From contig CM035351.1 in NCBI GenBank assembly GCA_020137815.1, forward strand, positions 186,001 to 250,000: a DNA stretch of 64,000 nt. Reading direction: 5' to 3'. Below are positions 13,194 through 25,100 of the stretch, piece after piece. This stretch comes from Hormiphora californensis (taxonomy: Eukaryota > Animalia > Ctenophora). The notes beneath the pieces were generated by a model that worked only from the letters and a program-made list of their open reading frames with translations, was not told where the DNA came from and searched no databases. The number at the start of each line of letters is the position of its first letter. Position 1 is the stretch's first letter. The position numbers were made by a program, and so were the translations under genes.

Positions 13194-16100
13194 AACGACC
13201 CTGCCCCTGACAAAGTTACAAAGTTGTATAACATGATTCGTGACAACACATCGCCTGGTTCAATGAATAAGTATACTCCAGATGAGCTGCACGATCTGAT
13301 AGGTAGAGGAATGCCTGTTCCTGATATCAGTATTGAAATCTTTAATGGGAGGAAGTACATGAAGAACAATCTTGCGTATTTTCTGTCGGAGGCATGCATT
13401 CTACTTTTTGATCTTGCATTCCCCCTGGGGAGTAGGAGACCGTCAACTTCCAGTGTTGATGGGGAGGACGAGAGGAACAGCCTACAGAAGGAGCTGGCTG
13501 ATACCCACCGTAGGATAATTGATCTTCAAGATCAAGTTATCCAGCTGAAAGATGAAATTCGAAATGTGGAGTCTGCAGCTTTGACGAAGACTGTACAGCG
13601 TGACCTGAAGAGCTATTCAGCTATCTTGACGCAGAACTGTAGTGCTGCACTAGCTCCAATGAAAATCCAAGAAGCTGTCAGTAAAGCATCAGTCCCAAGA
13701 GCTGACCAAGAGGACCGCTCCAAGAATCTGATGATTTTTGGGCTGCCCGAGGAACCTGCTGGAGGTACTGTGGATGCCACGGTTACGTCTCTGTTAGAGG
13801 AACTGAACGAGAAGCCGCTTCTGGACAGCTGTATCAGGTTGGGTTCAAAAGTTGAGGGTAAGGTTAGGCCTGTTAAAGTGACATTGAAGTCTAGGGACAG
13901 TCTCCTTGTTCTTTTGAGGAAGGCCTGTGAGTTGAGAAAGTCTGACAGTTATAGCCGTGTTTATATCGAGCCAGACAGAAGTTTTGAAGAGAGGGTTGAA
14001 AGAAGGAAATCCATTAAAACTCTTAATGAACTGAGACATGAGCACCCAGAGAGAAAGTACATTCTGAGAAAAGGTGTGATAGAGTCCTGAACTCCAATTG
14101 CCCCCCTTCTTTTTGAGACTTTTATTGCTTTAAAATGTCAATCCTTATCGAGTATCGATCTCTTCGCCACGGGCTGGACTCAGTATGTTTATTTATTTTA
14201 TGTTAGTTTTCATTGCTGTATTGTCACCATTATTTTCCAGCCAGCCAGGTTTTTTTTTGGGAGCATCCTGTTGGGAGAGCCCACATTGTGCTGCAAAGTA
14301 CAGCAGTATTAATGAATGTTAATTAATGCTGTACAAATAAATAGGGCCCCTTTTAAAAAAACTCTGCCAAAAATGGCAGTTGACAATTTACACCTCTCTC
14401 CCCCCCAGGGATGCCCTTTACTCCCCCTCCTCCCAGGGTCCCCTTTACTACCCTCTTCCCTCCAGGTGTCCCCTTTATACCCCCTCCCCCCCCCAGGTGT
14501 ATCCCTTTAAAAACCCCCTCTCTCTTCCCGGGGTATGCCCTTTTCTACCTCTCTCTCCCTCCCGGGGGTTTTCCCTTTTAAATCCCCTCTCCTTCCCCCC
14601 CAGGTGTTTTCCCTTTACACCCCTCTCCCCCCTCCCAGGTGTAAAGCCCTTTATACCCCTTTTCCCCCCCAGGTTATCCCTTTTTACCTCTCCTCCCCCT
14701 GTTGCCTTTTTTAAACCCCTCCTTTCCCCGGGGTACGGGGCCCTTTACTACCTCTCTCTCCCTCCCAGGTGTATGCCCTTTACTACCTCTCTCTCTCTCC
14801 CAGGTGTATGCCCTTTACTACCTCTCTCCCTCCCAGGTGTATGCCCTTTACTACCTCTCTCCTCCCAGGTGTACGCCCTTTACTACCTCTCTCCTCCCAG
14901 GTGTACGCCCTTTACTACCTCTCTCCTCCCAGGTGTATGCCCTTTACTACCTCTCTCCTCCCAGGTGTATGCCCTTTACTACCTCTCTCCCTCCCAGGTG
15001 TACGCCCTTTACTACCTCTCTCCTCCCAGGTGTATGCCCTTTACTACCTCTCTCCTCCCAGGTGTATGCCCTTTACTACCTCTCTCCTCCCAGGTGTACG
15101 CCCTTTACTACCTCTCTCCTCCCAGGTGTACGCCCTTTACTACCTCTCTCCTCCCAGGTGTATGCCCTTTACTACCTCTCTCCTCCCAGGTGTACGCCCT
15201 TTACTACCTCTCTCCTCCCAGGTGTATGCCCTTTACTACCTCTCTCCTCCCAGGTGTATGCCCTTTACTACCTCTCTCTCCTCCCAGGTGCACGCCCTTT
15301 ACTACCTCTCTCTCCCTCCCAGGTGTATGCCCTTTACTACCTCTCTCCTCCCAGGTGTATGCCTTTTACTACCTCTCTCTCCTCCCAGGTGTATGCCTTT
15401 TACTACCTCTCTCTCCCTCCCAGGTGTATGCCCTTTACTACCTCTCTCTCCCTCCCAGGTGTATGCCCTTTACTACCTCTCTCTCCCTCCCAGGTGTATG
15501 CCCTTTACTACCTCTCTCCTCCCAGGTGTATGCCCTTTACTACCTCTCTCCTCCCAGGTGTATGCCCTTTACTACCTCTCTCCTCCCAGGTGTATGCCCT
15601 TTACTACCTCTCTCTCCCTCCCAGGTGTATGCCCTTTACTACCTCTCTCTCCCTCCCAGGTGTATGCCCTTTACTACCTCTCTCTCCCAGGTGTATGCCC
15701 TTTACTACCTCTCTCTCCCTCCCAGGTGTACGCCCTTTACTACCTCTCTCCTCCCAGGTGTATGCCCTTTACTACCTCTCTCCTCCCAGGTGTATGCCCT
15801 TGCCAGTCATTACTGCCGGGGTCATGGCGTCAATGAAGTGTTCACAGTGGCTGCATACCGTACCCTGCCAACATGTCATCCCGTTCTGAGGCTCCTCAGA
15901 CCCCACATTCAGGGGGTAACTGCCGTCAATGGACAGGTATCTTGTAACCATGGTAACCAGGTATCTATATAGACTCCTCAGACCCCACATTCAGGGGGTA
16001 ACTGCCGTCAATGGACAGGTATCAATGGCAACAAGATTCTATATCTTGTTGGTATCTCTCAGCTGTCTACATGTATACTTTTTAGTAGACAATATACTCA

Positions 16101-19100
16101 GAGTGAGCTATTGATCCTTGAACCAGTGAGCACTGGAAATTAGAATGCTCCAAATCACTGCGCTGGCAAGCACAAAGGTTCCCCCCCCCCCCCCCCGATC
16201 CAAATAATGATATACATATTTGCAGGCGAGAACCCCCCCCCCCCCGCTCCAAATAATGATATACATAATATATTTGCAGGCGAGAACCCCCCCCCCCCCC
16301 CCCCCCCGCTCCAAATAATGATATACATAATATATTTGCAGGCGAGAACCCCCCCCCCCTCCCCCCGCTCCAAATAATGATATACATAATATATTTGCAG
16401 GCGAGAACCCCCCCCCCCTCCCCCCGATCCAAATAATGATATACATAATATATTTGTAGGCGAGAACCCCCGATCCAAATAATGATATACATAATATATT
16501 TGCAGCCCCCCCCCCGCTCCAAATAATGATATACATAATAGTATACATAATATATTTGCAGCCCCCCCCCCCCCCGATCCAAATAATGATATACATATTT
16601 GCAGGCGAGAACCTTTCTAGTTAGTAAAGACAAGAGCAGTGCGTTTGCGTTATTTCTCTCTGCGGGGGACGATCTACAGCGAGTATTTCACAACTACTAC
16701 TCTAAAGTATTCTCTTATAATTCACTAATAGGTTAGTTTGTGTTACAGAGAGGGGTGTGGGTGATATGGGGCTGGTAGGAGGGATGTCAGGGGACCAAAT
16801 AACATGCTACTAAACTCCCTCTCCTCGTATAGTTCCTAAAGATGTGGCAGAGAGGGGTGTGGGTGATATGTCTGCAGAGTATCTCTACAGGGACGACACC
16901 CTCGCCTTCTGGAACATTCTAGAAGACTATGTGAAGGGTGTTGTGACACACAGCTATACAAGTGATGAGAATGTGGCCGCTGATTTTGAGCTGCAGAACT
17001 TTGTTAAAGAGGTGGGTGGGGTGGGTGGGGTGGGTGGGGTGGGGTGGGGGGGGTGGGGTGGGTGGGGTGGGGTGGGTGGGGTGGGGTGGGTGGGCGGGGA
17101 TAGTAGGAGGGGTGTTGTGACACACAGCTACACAAGTGATGAGAATGTGGCCGCTGATTTTGAGCTGCAGAACTTTGTTAAAGAGGTAATGTATCTCACA
17201 TGGCAGGTGTCACATGTCAGGTAATATGTTTTTGTATGTAGGCCGTAGGGGGTTGAGTCACAGCTTCGACACTGTGCTCAAACTATGAACTGAATTAGAG
17301 AGGTATTACAATTAGAGAGGTATGTATTTTAAAAGCAATGCATTAGCAAAATGCTGGGCGTCTTGAAGATGGTGAGAGAGGGAAATGTGAGAACTAAATC
17401 AAGGGGTTATAACACCGTACTAGTATTAGTTAAATGGTTCTCATAAAATCTTAATATAGGGTAAATGGGGGGGGGGGGGGGTAAATGATTCTTTAAGGAA
17501 CGTTTCAGAATAAATAATTCAAGAATCACTCAGTGTTTATGTAGTTGTAAATTAGCTGTCAAACAGCGAGAGAGAAAGAGAGAGTTCGTTATATGTTTTA
17601 AATCCAGCGTACTGCATAAATCTATATACAGATTTGAGGAAAAGAAAGCTAGATCTACAGGGAAAATTCACCACCTAAAATCACTCTCGACTAGTATGGG
17701 CATTAGTGACCGTATAATTCAATCACTGCGCTGGCAAGCGCAAAGGTGGCCCCATCCATCCCCCGAAAAAAATCCCCCCCAAAAACGGCCCGCTTGCTCA
17801 CAGCGTATATATACTTATTTCATACTTTTAGCCCATTTTGGCACTTTTTGACACGCCATAACTTCGGAACCGAAAGAGCTAGGAAGCTGAAATTTTGTAC
17901 TTAGAAGCTTCTTGTAGACATCTATCGATGGTAAAAATGTCAAGTGGCTAGCTCTTTTTGTTCAAAAGTTATAACACCACCCCCAAAACAGAAAATTCAG
18001 TGTGGGGATAACTAGGTTGATATATACATACATAGACGTATAGACGCTTTGTTACCTTCCGTTTGGTCCCAGTTTGAGACGAACCAGACATCGTACGACC
18101 TTAAACCAAGCGGCAATCGACAGATAATTGTCTCGTGCATGTACCCATTTGGGTGGCGACTCTTCATCTTGCCTATGACGCGCGCAATGACGTCACGAGT
18201 GACGTCATTGCGCGAGACCGACTAACTTTTTTCAAACGCTTCTAGCACCCTGAAGACGTGTTCCGATTTCTGATTTGACGAAAAATCGTTACCTGCAAAT
18301 CGTCTAAACTTTCAGATACTATATCGCGAATTTTCGTAGCTGATCATTTTGAGCCCTTAAATCGCGTCGGAAGTCAAAAATTAGACGAAAAATTCAGCAA
18401 AATGAAAATTTTTCGAGCAAAACCTCCCTTTCCTGACCACTGTGGTCAATGATACTTTACAAGCTTCTTCAGGGTATTCATTCAAAATATACTGTGATGC
18501 AATTACGTCGTTAAAAGTCACTAATTACGTCAGATGACGTCATAATGACGTCAAAATTACGATTTTCACAGAAATTCGTCTCATTTCTCATATAACACAT
18601 CATTTTGACAATTTTACACCATGAAATAATGTCATACTGACATTAGAAACCAAAAAGGGACCTAAATTAAGCCAAAAACTAATTGGAATTAGTTGGCGGG
18701 AAAGGTGGCCCACTTACACCTTTGCCTGCTGCCGGGTTTTATTTTAAAATGTATCAGGGATATAAGAGGTGAGTGAAATAGAGTAAGAGAAAGGGTGATA
18801 TTGAGATACCGACGCGTCGAAGAGAATGACAGTTCGTGGTACCCGGTAGCTGCAAAAGGTGTGAGTGGGCCACCTTTCCCGCCAACTAATTCCAATTAGT
18901 TTTTGGCTTAATATTCTATAGGTGGTAAAGGAGGGATTTGGTGATCTGCCATCAGGAGGAGGATTTCCTAGCAGCTTACAATCTCTAACAAGTCTAACAG
19001 AGTATCTGACAGCTATCATCTTCAACGGATCCGTCTACCATGCTGCAGTAAACTTCCAGGTTACACAATATATACATGATTTATATAACGGGGTGGGGAG

Positions 19101-22100
19101 GCAATGAACACATAAGGTGTGATGTATAGTAAATTTAGAAATGTAGGATAGCACATAATTAACAACTACCACCCTTATAGACATTAACATGGGGAGGGAG
19201 TAGTATAGTGTGGACAGTTGGGACCTATTTTAGCCTCCTAAGCGAGCCACCATTTTGTATGTGCATGTCACGTGACTTCTAATTACCAAAATTATGCGGC
19301 GCTGGCAAGAGTTGTTCACTAGAATATCGGGAGCGCCNNNNNNNNNNNNNNNNNNNNNNNNNNNNNNNNNNNNNNNNNNNNNNNNNNNNNNNNNNNNNNN
19401 NNNNNNNNNNNNNNNNNNNNNNNNNNNNNNNNNNNNNTTTTGGGGCGAGTAATTATTAGGGTGGGGATTTTCCTATATTAAAGGGTGGGTTTCCATTTAT
19501 TAGGGGGGTGGGTAAATTTAAATTTAGGGTAGGATGGATTATTTATTTGGTGAGGAGGGATTGGTATATATATATAGGTGGGGGAGTTGTATTAAATTTA
19601 AGGTGGTAGGGAGGATTTGGTGACCTATAATTAATATCTATGGGTAGAGGATTGGGGTTATTAAATTCTAAGGTGGTAGAGGAGGGATTGGTGACCTATA
19701 TTTATATTAGGGGTAAGAGATTTGTGAGAATTATATTTATAGTTGGTAGAGAGGTTTGTGACCGTTAATTAAATTCATGTGTGGAGGGTTTGGTGACCGT
19801 ATAATTTAATATTCTATGGTGGTAGAGAGGATTGGGTGACGATATTTAATATTTTAGTGTAAGGGGATTGGTGGTATAATATATTTATGTTAGAGGGGGA
19901 TTGGTGACCGTATAATTTAATATTCTAGGTGGTAGAGGAGGGTTTGGTGACCGTATATTTAATATTCATAGGGGTAGAGGAGGGATTGGGACCGTATATT
20001 TAATATTATAGTGGTAGAGGAGGGATTTGTTGACCGTATAATTTATATTCTATAGGGGTAGAGAGGATTTGGTCCCGTATAATTAATATTCATAGGGGTA
20101 GGAGGATTTGGTGCCGTATAATTTAATATTCTATAGGTGGTAAGGAGGATGGGACCGAAATTAATATTTATAGGTGGTAGGGAGGGATTTGACCTATAAT
20201 TTAATATTCTTAGGTGTAGAGGAGGGAGGTTTGGTGACGTTAATAAATTCTTAGGTGGGTAGGGGGGGTTGGTGACCGTATAATTTAATATTCTATAGGT
20301 GGTTAGGAGGGATTGGTGACCGTATAATTTAATATTCTATAGGTGGTAAGGAGGGATTGTTGACCGTATAATTAATATTCTATAGGTGGTTAGAGGAGGG
20401 ATTTGGGACCGTATAATTTAATTTCTATGGTGGTGAGGAGGGATTTGGTGACCGTATAATTTAATATTCTATAGTGAGAGAGGAGGGATTTGGTGACCGT
20501 ATAATTAATATTCATGGGGTAGGGAGGGATTTGGTGACCGTTAATTTAATATTCTTAGGGTGGTAGAGGAGGGATTTTGGGTGACGTATTTATTTAGTAT
20601 TCTATGGTGGTAAGGAGGATTTGGTTGACCGTATATTATAATATTCTATAGGTGGTAGAGGAGGGATTTGGTGACCGTATAATTTAATATTCTATAGGTG
20701 GTAGAGGAGGGATTTGGTGACCGTATTTAATTAATATTCTATAGGTGGTGAGGAGGGATTTGGTGTACCGTATAATTTAATATTCTATAGGTGGTAGAGG
20801 AGGGATTTGGTGACCGTATAATTTAATATTCTATAGGTGGTAGAGGAGGGATTTGGTGACCGTATAATTTAATATTCTATAGGTGGTAGAGGAGGGATTT
20901 GGTGACCGTATAATTTAATATATTCTATAGGTGGTAGAGGAGGGATTTGGTGACCGTATAATTTAATATTCTATAGGTGGTAGAGGAGGGATTTGGTGAC
21001 CGTATAATTTAATATTCTATAGGTGGTAGAGGAGGGATTTGGTGACCGTATAATTTAATATTCTATAGGTGGTAGAGGAGGGATTTGGTGACCGTATAAT
21101 TTAATATTCTATAGGTGGTAGAGGAGGGATTTGGTGACCGTATAATTTAATATTCTATAGGTGGTAGAGGAGGGATTTGGTGACCGTATAATTTAATATT
21201 CTATAGGTGGTAGAGGAGGGATTTGGTGACCGTATAATTTAATATTCTATAGGTGGTAGAGGAGGGATTTGGTGACCGTATAATTTAATATTCTATAGGT
21301 AGGTAGAGGAGGGATTTGGTGACCGTATAATTTAATATTCTATAGGTGGTAGAGGAGGGATTTGGTGACCGTATAATTTAATATTCTATAGGTGGTAGAG
21401 GAGGGATTTGGTGACCGTATAATTTAATATTCTATAGGTGGTAGAGGAGGGATTTGGTGACCGTATAATTTAATATTCTATAGGTGGTAGAGGAGGGATT
21501 TGGTGACCGTATAATTTAATATTCTATAGGTGGTAGAGGAGGGATTTGGTGACCGTATAATTTAATATTCTATAGGTGGTAGAGGAGGGATTTGGTGACC
21601 GTATAATTTAATATTCTATAGGTGGTAGAGGAGGGATTTGGTGACCGTATAATTTAATATTCTATAGGTGGTAGAGGAGGGATTTGGTGACCGTATAATT
21701 TAATATTCTATAGGTGGTAGAGGAGGGATTTGGTGACCGTATAATTTAATATTCTATAGGTGGTAGAGGAGGGATTTGGTGACCGTATAATTTAATATTC
21801 TATAGGTGGTAGAGGAGGGATTTGGTGACCGTATAATTTAATATTCTATAGGTGGTAGAGGAGGGATTTGGTGACCGTATAATTTAATATTCTATAGGTG
21901 GTAGAGGAGGGATTTGGTGACCGTATAATTTAATATTCTATAGGTGGTAGAGGAGGGATTTGGTGACCGTATAATTTAATATTCTATAGGTGGTAGAGGA
22001 GGGATTTGGTGACCGTATAATTTAATATTCTATAGGTGGTAGAGGAGGGATTTGGTGACCGTATAATTTAATATTCTATAGGTGGTAGAGGAGGGATTTG

Positions 22101-25100
22101 GTGACCGTATAATTTAATATTCTATAGGTGGTAGAGGAGGGATTTGGTGACCGTATAATTTAATATTCTATAGGTGGTAGAGGAGGGATTTGGTGACCGT
22201 ATAATTTAATATTCTATAGGTGGTAGAGGAGGGATTTGGTGACCGTATAATTTAATATTCTATAGGTGGTAGAGGAGGGATTTGGTGACCGTATAATTTA
22301 ATATTCTATAGGTGGTAGAGGAGGGATTTGGTGACCGTATAATTTAATATTCTATAGGTGGTAGAGGAGGGATTTGGTGACCGTATAATTTAATATTCTA
22401 TAGGTGGTAGAGGAGGGATTTGGTGACCGTATAATTTAATATTCTATAGGTGGTAGAGGAGGGATTTGGTGACCGTATAATTTAATATTCTATAGGTGGT
22501 AGAGGAGGGATTTGGTGACCGTATAATTTAATATTCTATAGGTGGTAGAGGAGGGATTTGGTGACCGTATAATTTAATATTCTATAGGTGGTAGAGGAGG
22601 GATTTGGTGACCGTATAATTTAATATTCTATAGGTGGTAGAGGAGGGATTTGGTGACCGTATAATTTAATATTCTATAGGTGGTAGAGGAGGGATTTGGT
22701 GACCGTATAATTTAATATTCTATAGGTGGTAGAGGAGGGATTTGGTGACCGTATAATTTAATATTCTATAGGTGGTAGAGGAGGGATTTGGTGACCGTAT
22801 AATTTAATATTCTATAGGTGGTAGAGGAGGGATTTGGTGACCGTATAATTTAATATTCTATAGGTGGTAGAGGAGGGATTTGGTGACCGTATAATTTAAT
22901 ATTCTATAGGTGGTAGAGGAGGGATTTGGTGACCGTATAATTTAATATTCTATAGGTGGTAGAGGAGGGATTTGGTGACCGTATAATTTAATATTCTATA
23001 GGTGGTAGAGGAGGGATTTGGTGACCGTATAATTTAATATTCTATAGGTGGTAGAGGAGGGATTTGGTGACCGTATAATTTAATATTCTATAGGTGGTAG
23101 AGGAGGGATTTGGTGACCGTATAATTTAATATTCTATAGGTGGTAGAGGAGGGATTTGGTGACCGTATAATTTAATATTCTATAGGTGGTAGAGGAGGGA
23201 TTTGGTGACCGTATAATTTAATATTCTATAGGTGGTAGAGGAGGGATTTGGTGACCGTATAATTTAATATTCTATAGGTGGTAGAGGAGGGATTTGGTGA
23301 CCGTATAATTTAATATTCTATAGGTGGTAGAGGAGGGATTTGGTGACCGTATAATTTAATATTCTATAGGTGGTAGAGGAGGGATTTGGTGACCGTATAA
23401 TTTAATATTCTATAGGTGGTAGAGGAGGGATTTGGTGACCGTATAATTTAATATTCTATAGGTGGTAGAGGAGGGATTTGGTGACCGTATAATTTAATAT
23501 TCTATAGGTGGTAGAGGAGGGATTTGGTGACCGTATAATTTAATATTCTATAGGTGGTAGAGGAGGGATTTGGTGACCGTATAATTTAATATTCTATAGG
23601 TGGTAGAGGAGGGATTTGGTGACCGTATAATTTAATATTCTATAGGTGGTAGAGGAGGGATTTGGTGACCGTATAATTTAATATTCTATAGGTGGTAGAG
23701 GAGGGATTTGGTGACCGTATAATTTAATATTCTATAGGTGGTAGAGGAGGGATTTGGTGACCGTATAATTTAATATTCTATAGGTGGTAGAGGAGGGATT
23801 TGGTGACCGTATAATTTAATATTCTATAGGTGGTAGAGGAGGGATTTGGTGACCGTATAATTTAATATTCTATAGGTGGTAGAGGAGGGATTTGGTGACC
23901 GTATAATTTAATATTCTATAGGTGGTAGAGGAGGGATTTGGTGACCGTATAATTTAATATTCTATAGGTGGTAGAGGAGGGATTTGGTGACCGTATAATT
24001 TAATATTCTATAGGTGGTAGAGGAGGGATTTGGTGACCGTATAATTTAATATTCTATAGGTGGTAGAGGAGGGATTTGGTGACCGTATAATTTAATATTC
24101 TATAGGTGGTAGAGGAGGGATTTGGTGACCGTATAATTTAATATTCTATAGGTGGTAGAGGAGGGATTTGGTGACCGTATAATTTAATATTCTATAGGTG
24201 GTAGAGGAGGGATTTGGTGACCGTATAATTTAATATTCTATAGGTGGTAGAGGAGGGATTTGGTGACCGTATAATTTAATATTCTATAGGTGGTAGAGGA
24301 GGGATTTGGTGACCGTATAATTTAATATTCTATAGGTGGTAGAGGAGGGATTTGGTGACCGTATAATTTAATATTCTATAGGTGGTAGAGGAGGGATTTG
24401 GTGACCGTATAATTTAATATTCTATAGGTGGTAGAGGAGGGATTTGGTGACCGTATAATTTAATATTCTATAGGTGGTAGAGGAGGGATTTGGTGACCGT
24501 ATAATTTAATATTTTATAGGTGGTAGAGGAGGGATTTGGTGACCGTATAATTTAATATTCTATAGGTGGTAGAGGAGGTATTTGGTGACCGTATAATTTA
24601 ATATTCTATAGGTGGTTGAGGAGGGATTTGGTGACCGTATAATTTAATATTCTATAGGTGGTAAAGGAGGGATTTGGTGACCGTATAATTTAATATTCTA
24701 TAGGTGGTAGAGGAGGGATTTGGTGACCGTATAATTTAATATTCTATAGGAGGTAGAGGAGGGATTTGGTGACCGTATAATTTAATATTCTATAGGTGGT
24801 AGAGGAGGGATTTGGTGACCGTATAATTTAATATTCTATAGGAGGTAGAGGAGGGATTTGGTGACCGTATAATTTAATATTTTATAGGTGGTAGAGGAGG
24901 GATTTGGTGACCGTATAATTTAATATTCTATAGGTGGTAGAGGAGGGATTTGGTGACCGTATAATTTAATATATTATATAGGTGGTAGAGGAGGGATTTG
25001 GTGACCGTATAATTTAATATTATATAGGTGGTAGAGGAGGGATTTGGTGACCGTATAATTTAATATTCTATAGGTGGTTGAGGAGGGATTTGGTGACCGT

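Noticed and set aside
14380-15889. 355-530-aa ORFs in three frames
   Set aside because: Stop-free pyrimidine-rich minisatellite; only the final 49 codons (15790-15936) are lipoxygenase.
16151-16622. Complete Helentron-associated element ending at AACTAGAAAGGTTC (minus strand)
   Set aside because: The apparent terminus is the lipoxygenase exon start (ARTFLVS, in phase with both neighbours); only the left hairpin shared with 17720 looks TE-derived.
19438-20640. Gradient of array divergence as an evolutionary age signal
   Set aside because: Deletion-rich noise next to a contig end is typical of low-coverage long-read consensus; the same applies to 14330-14760, 48490-49000 and 50500-51630.
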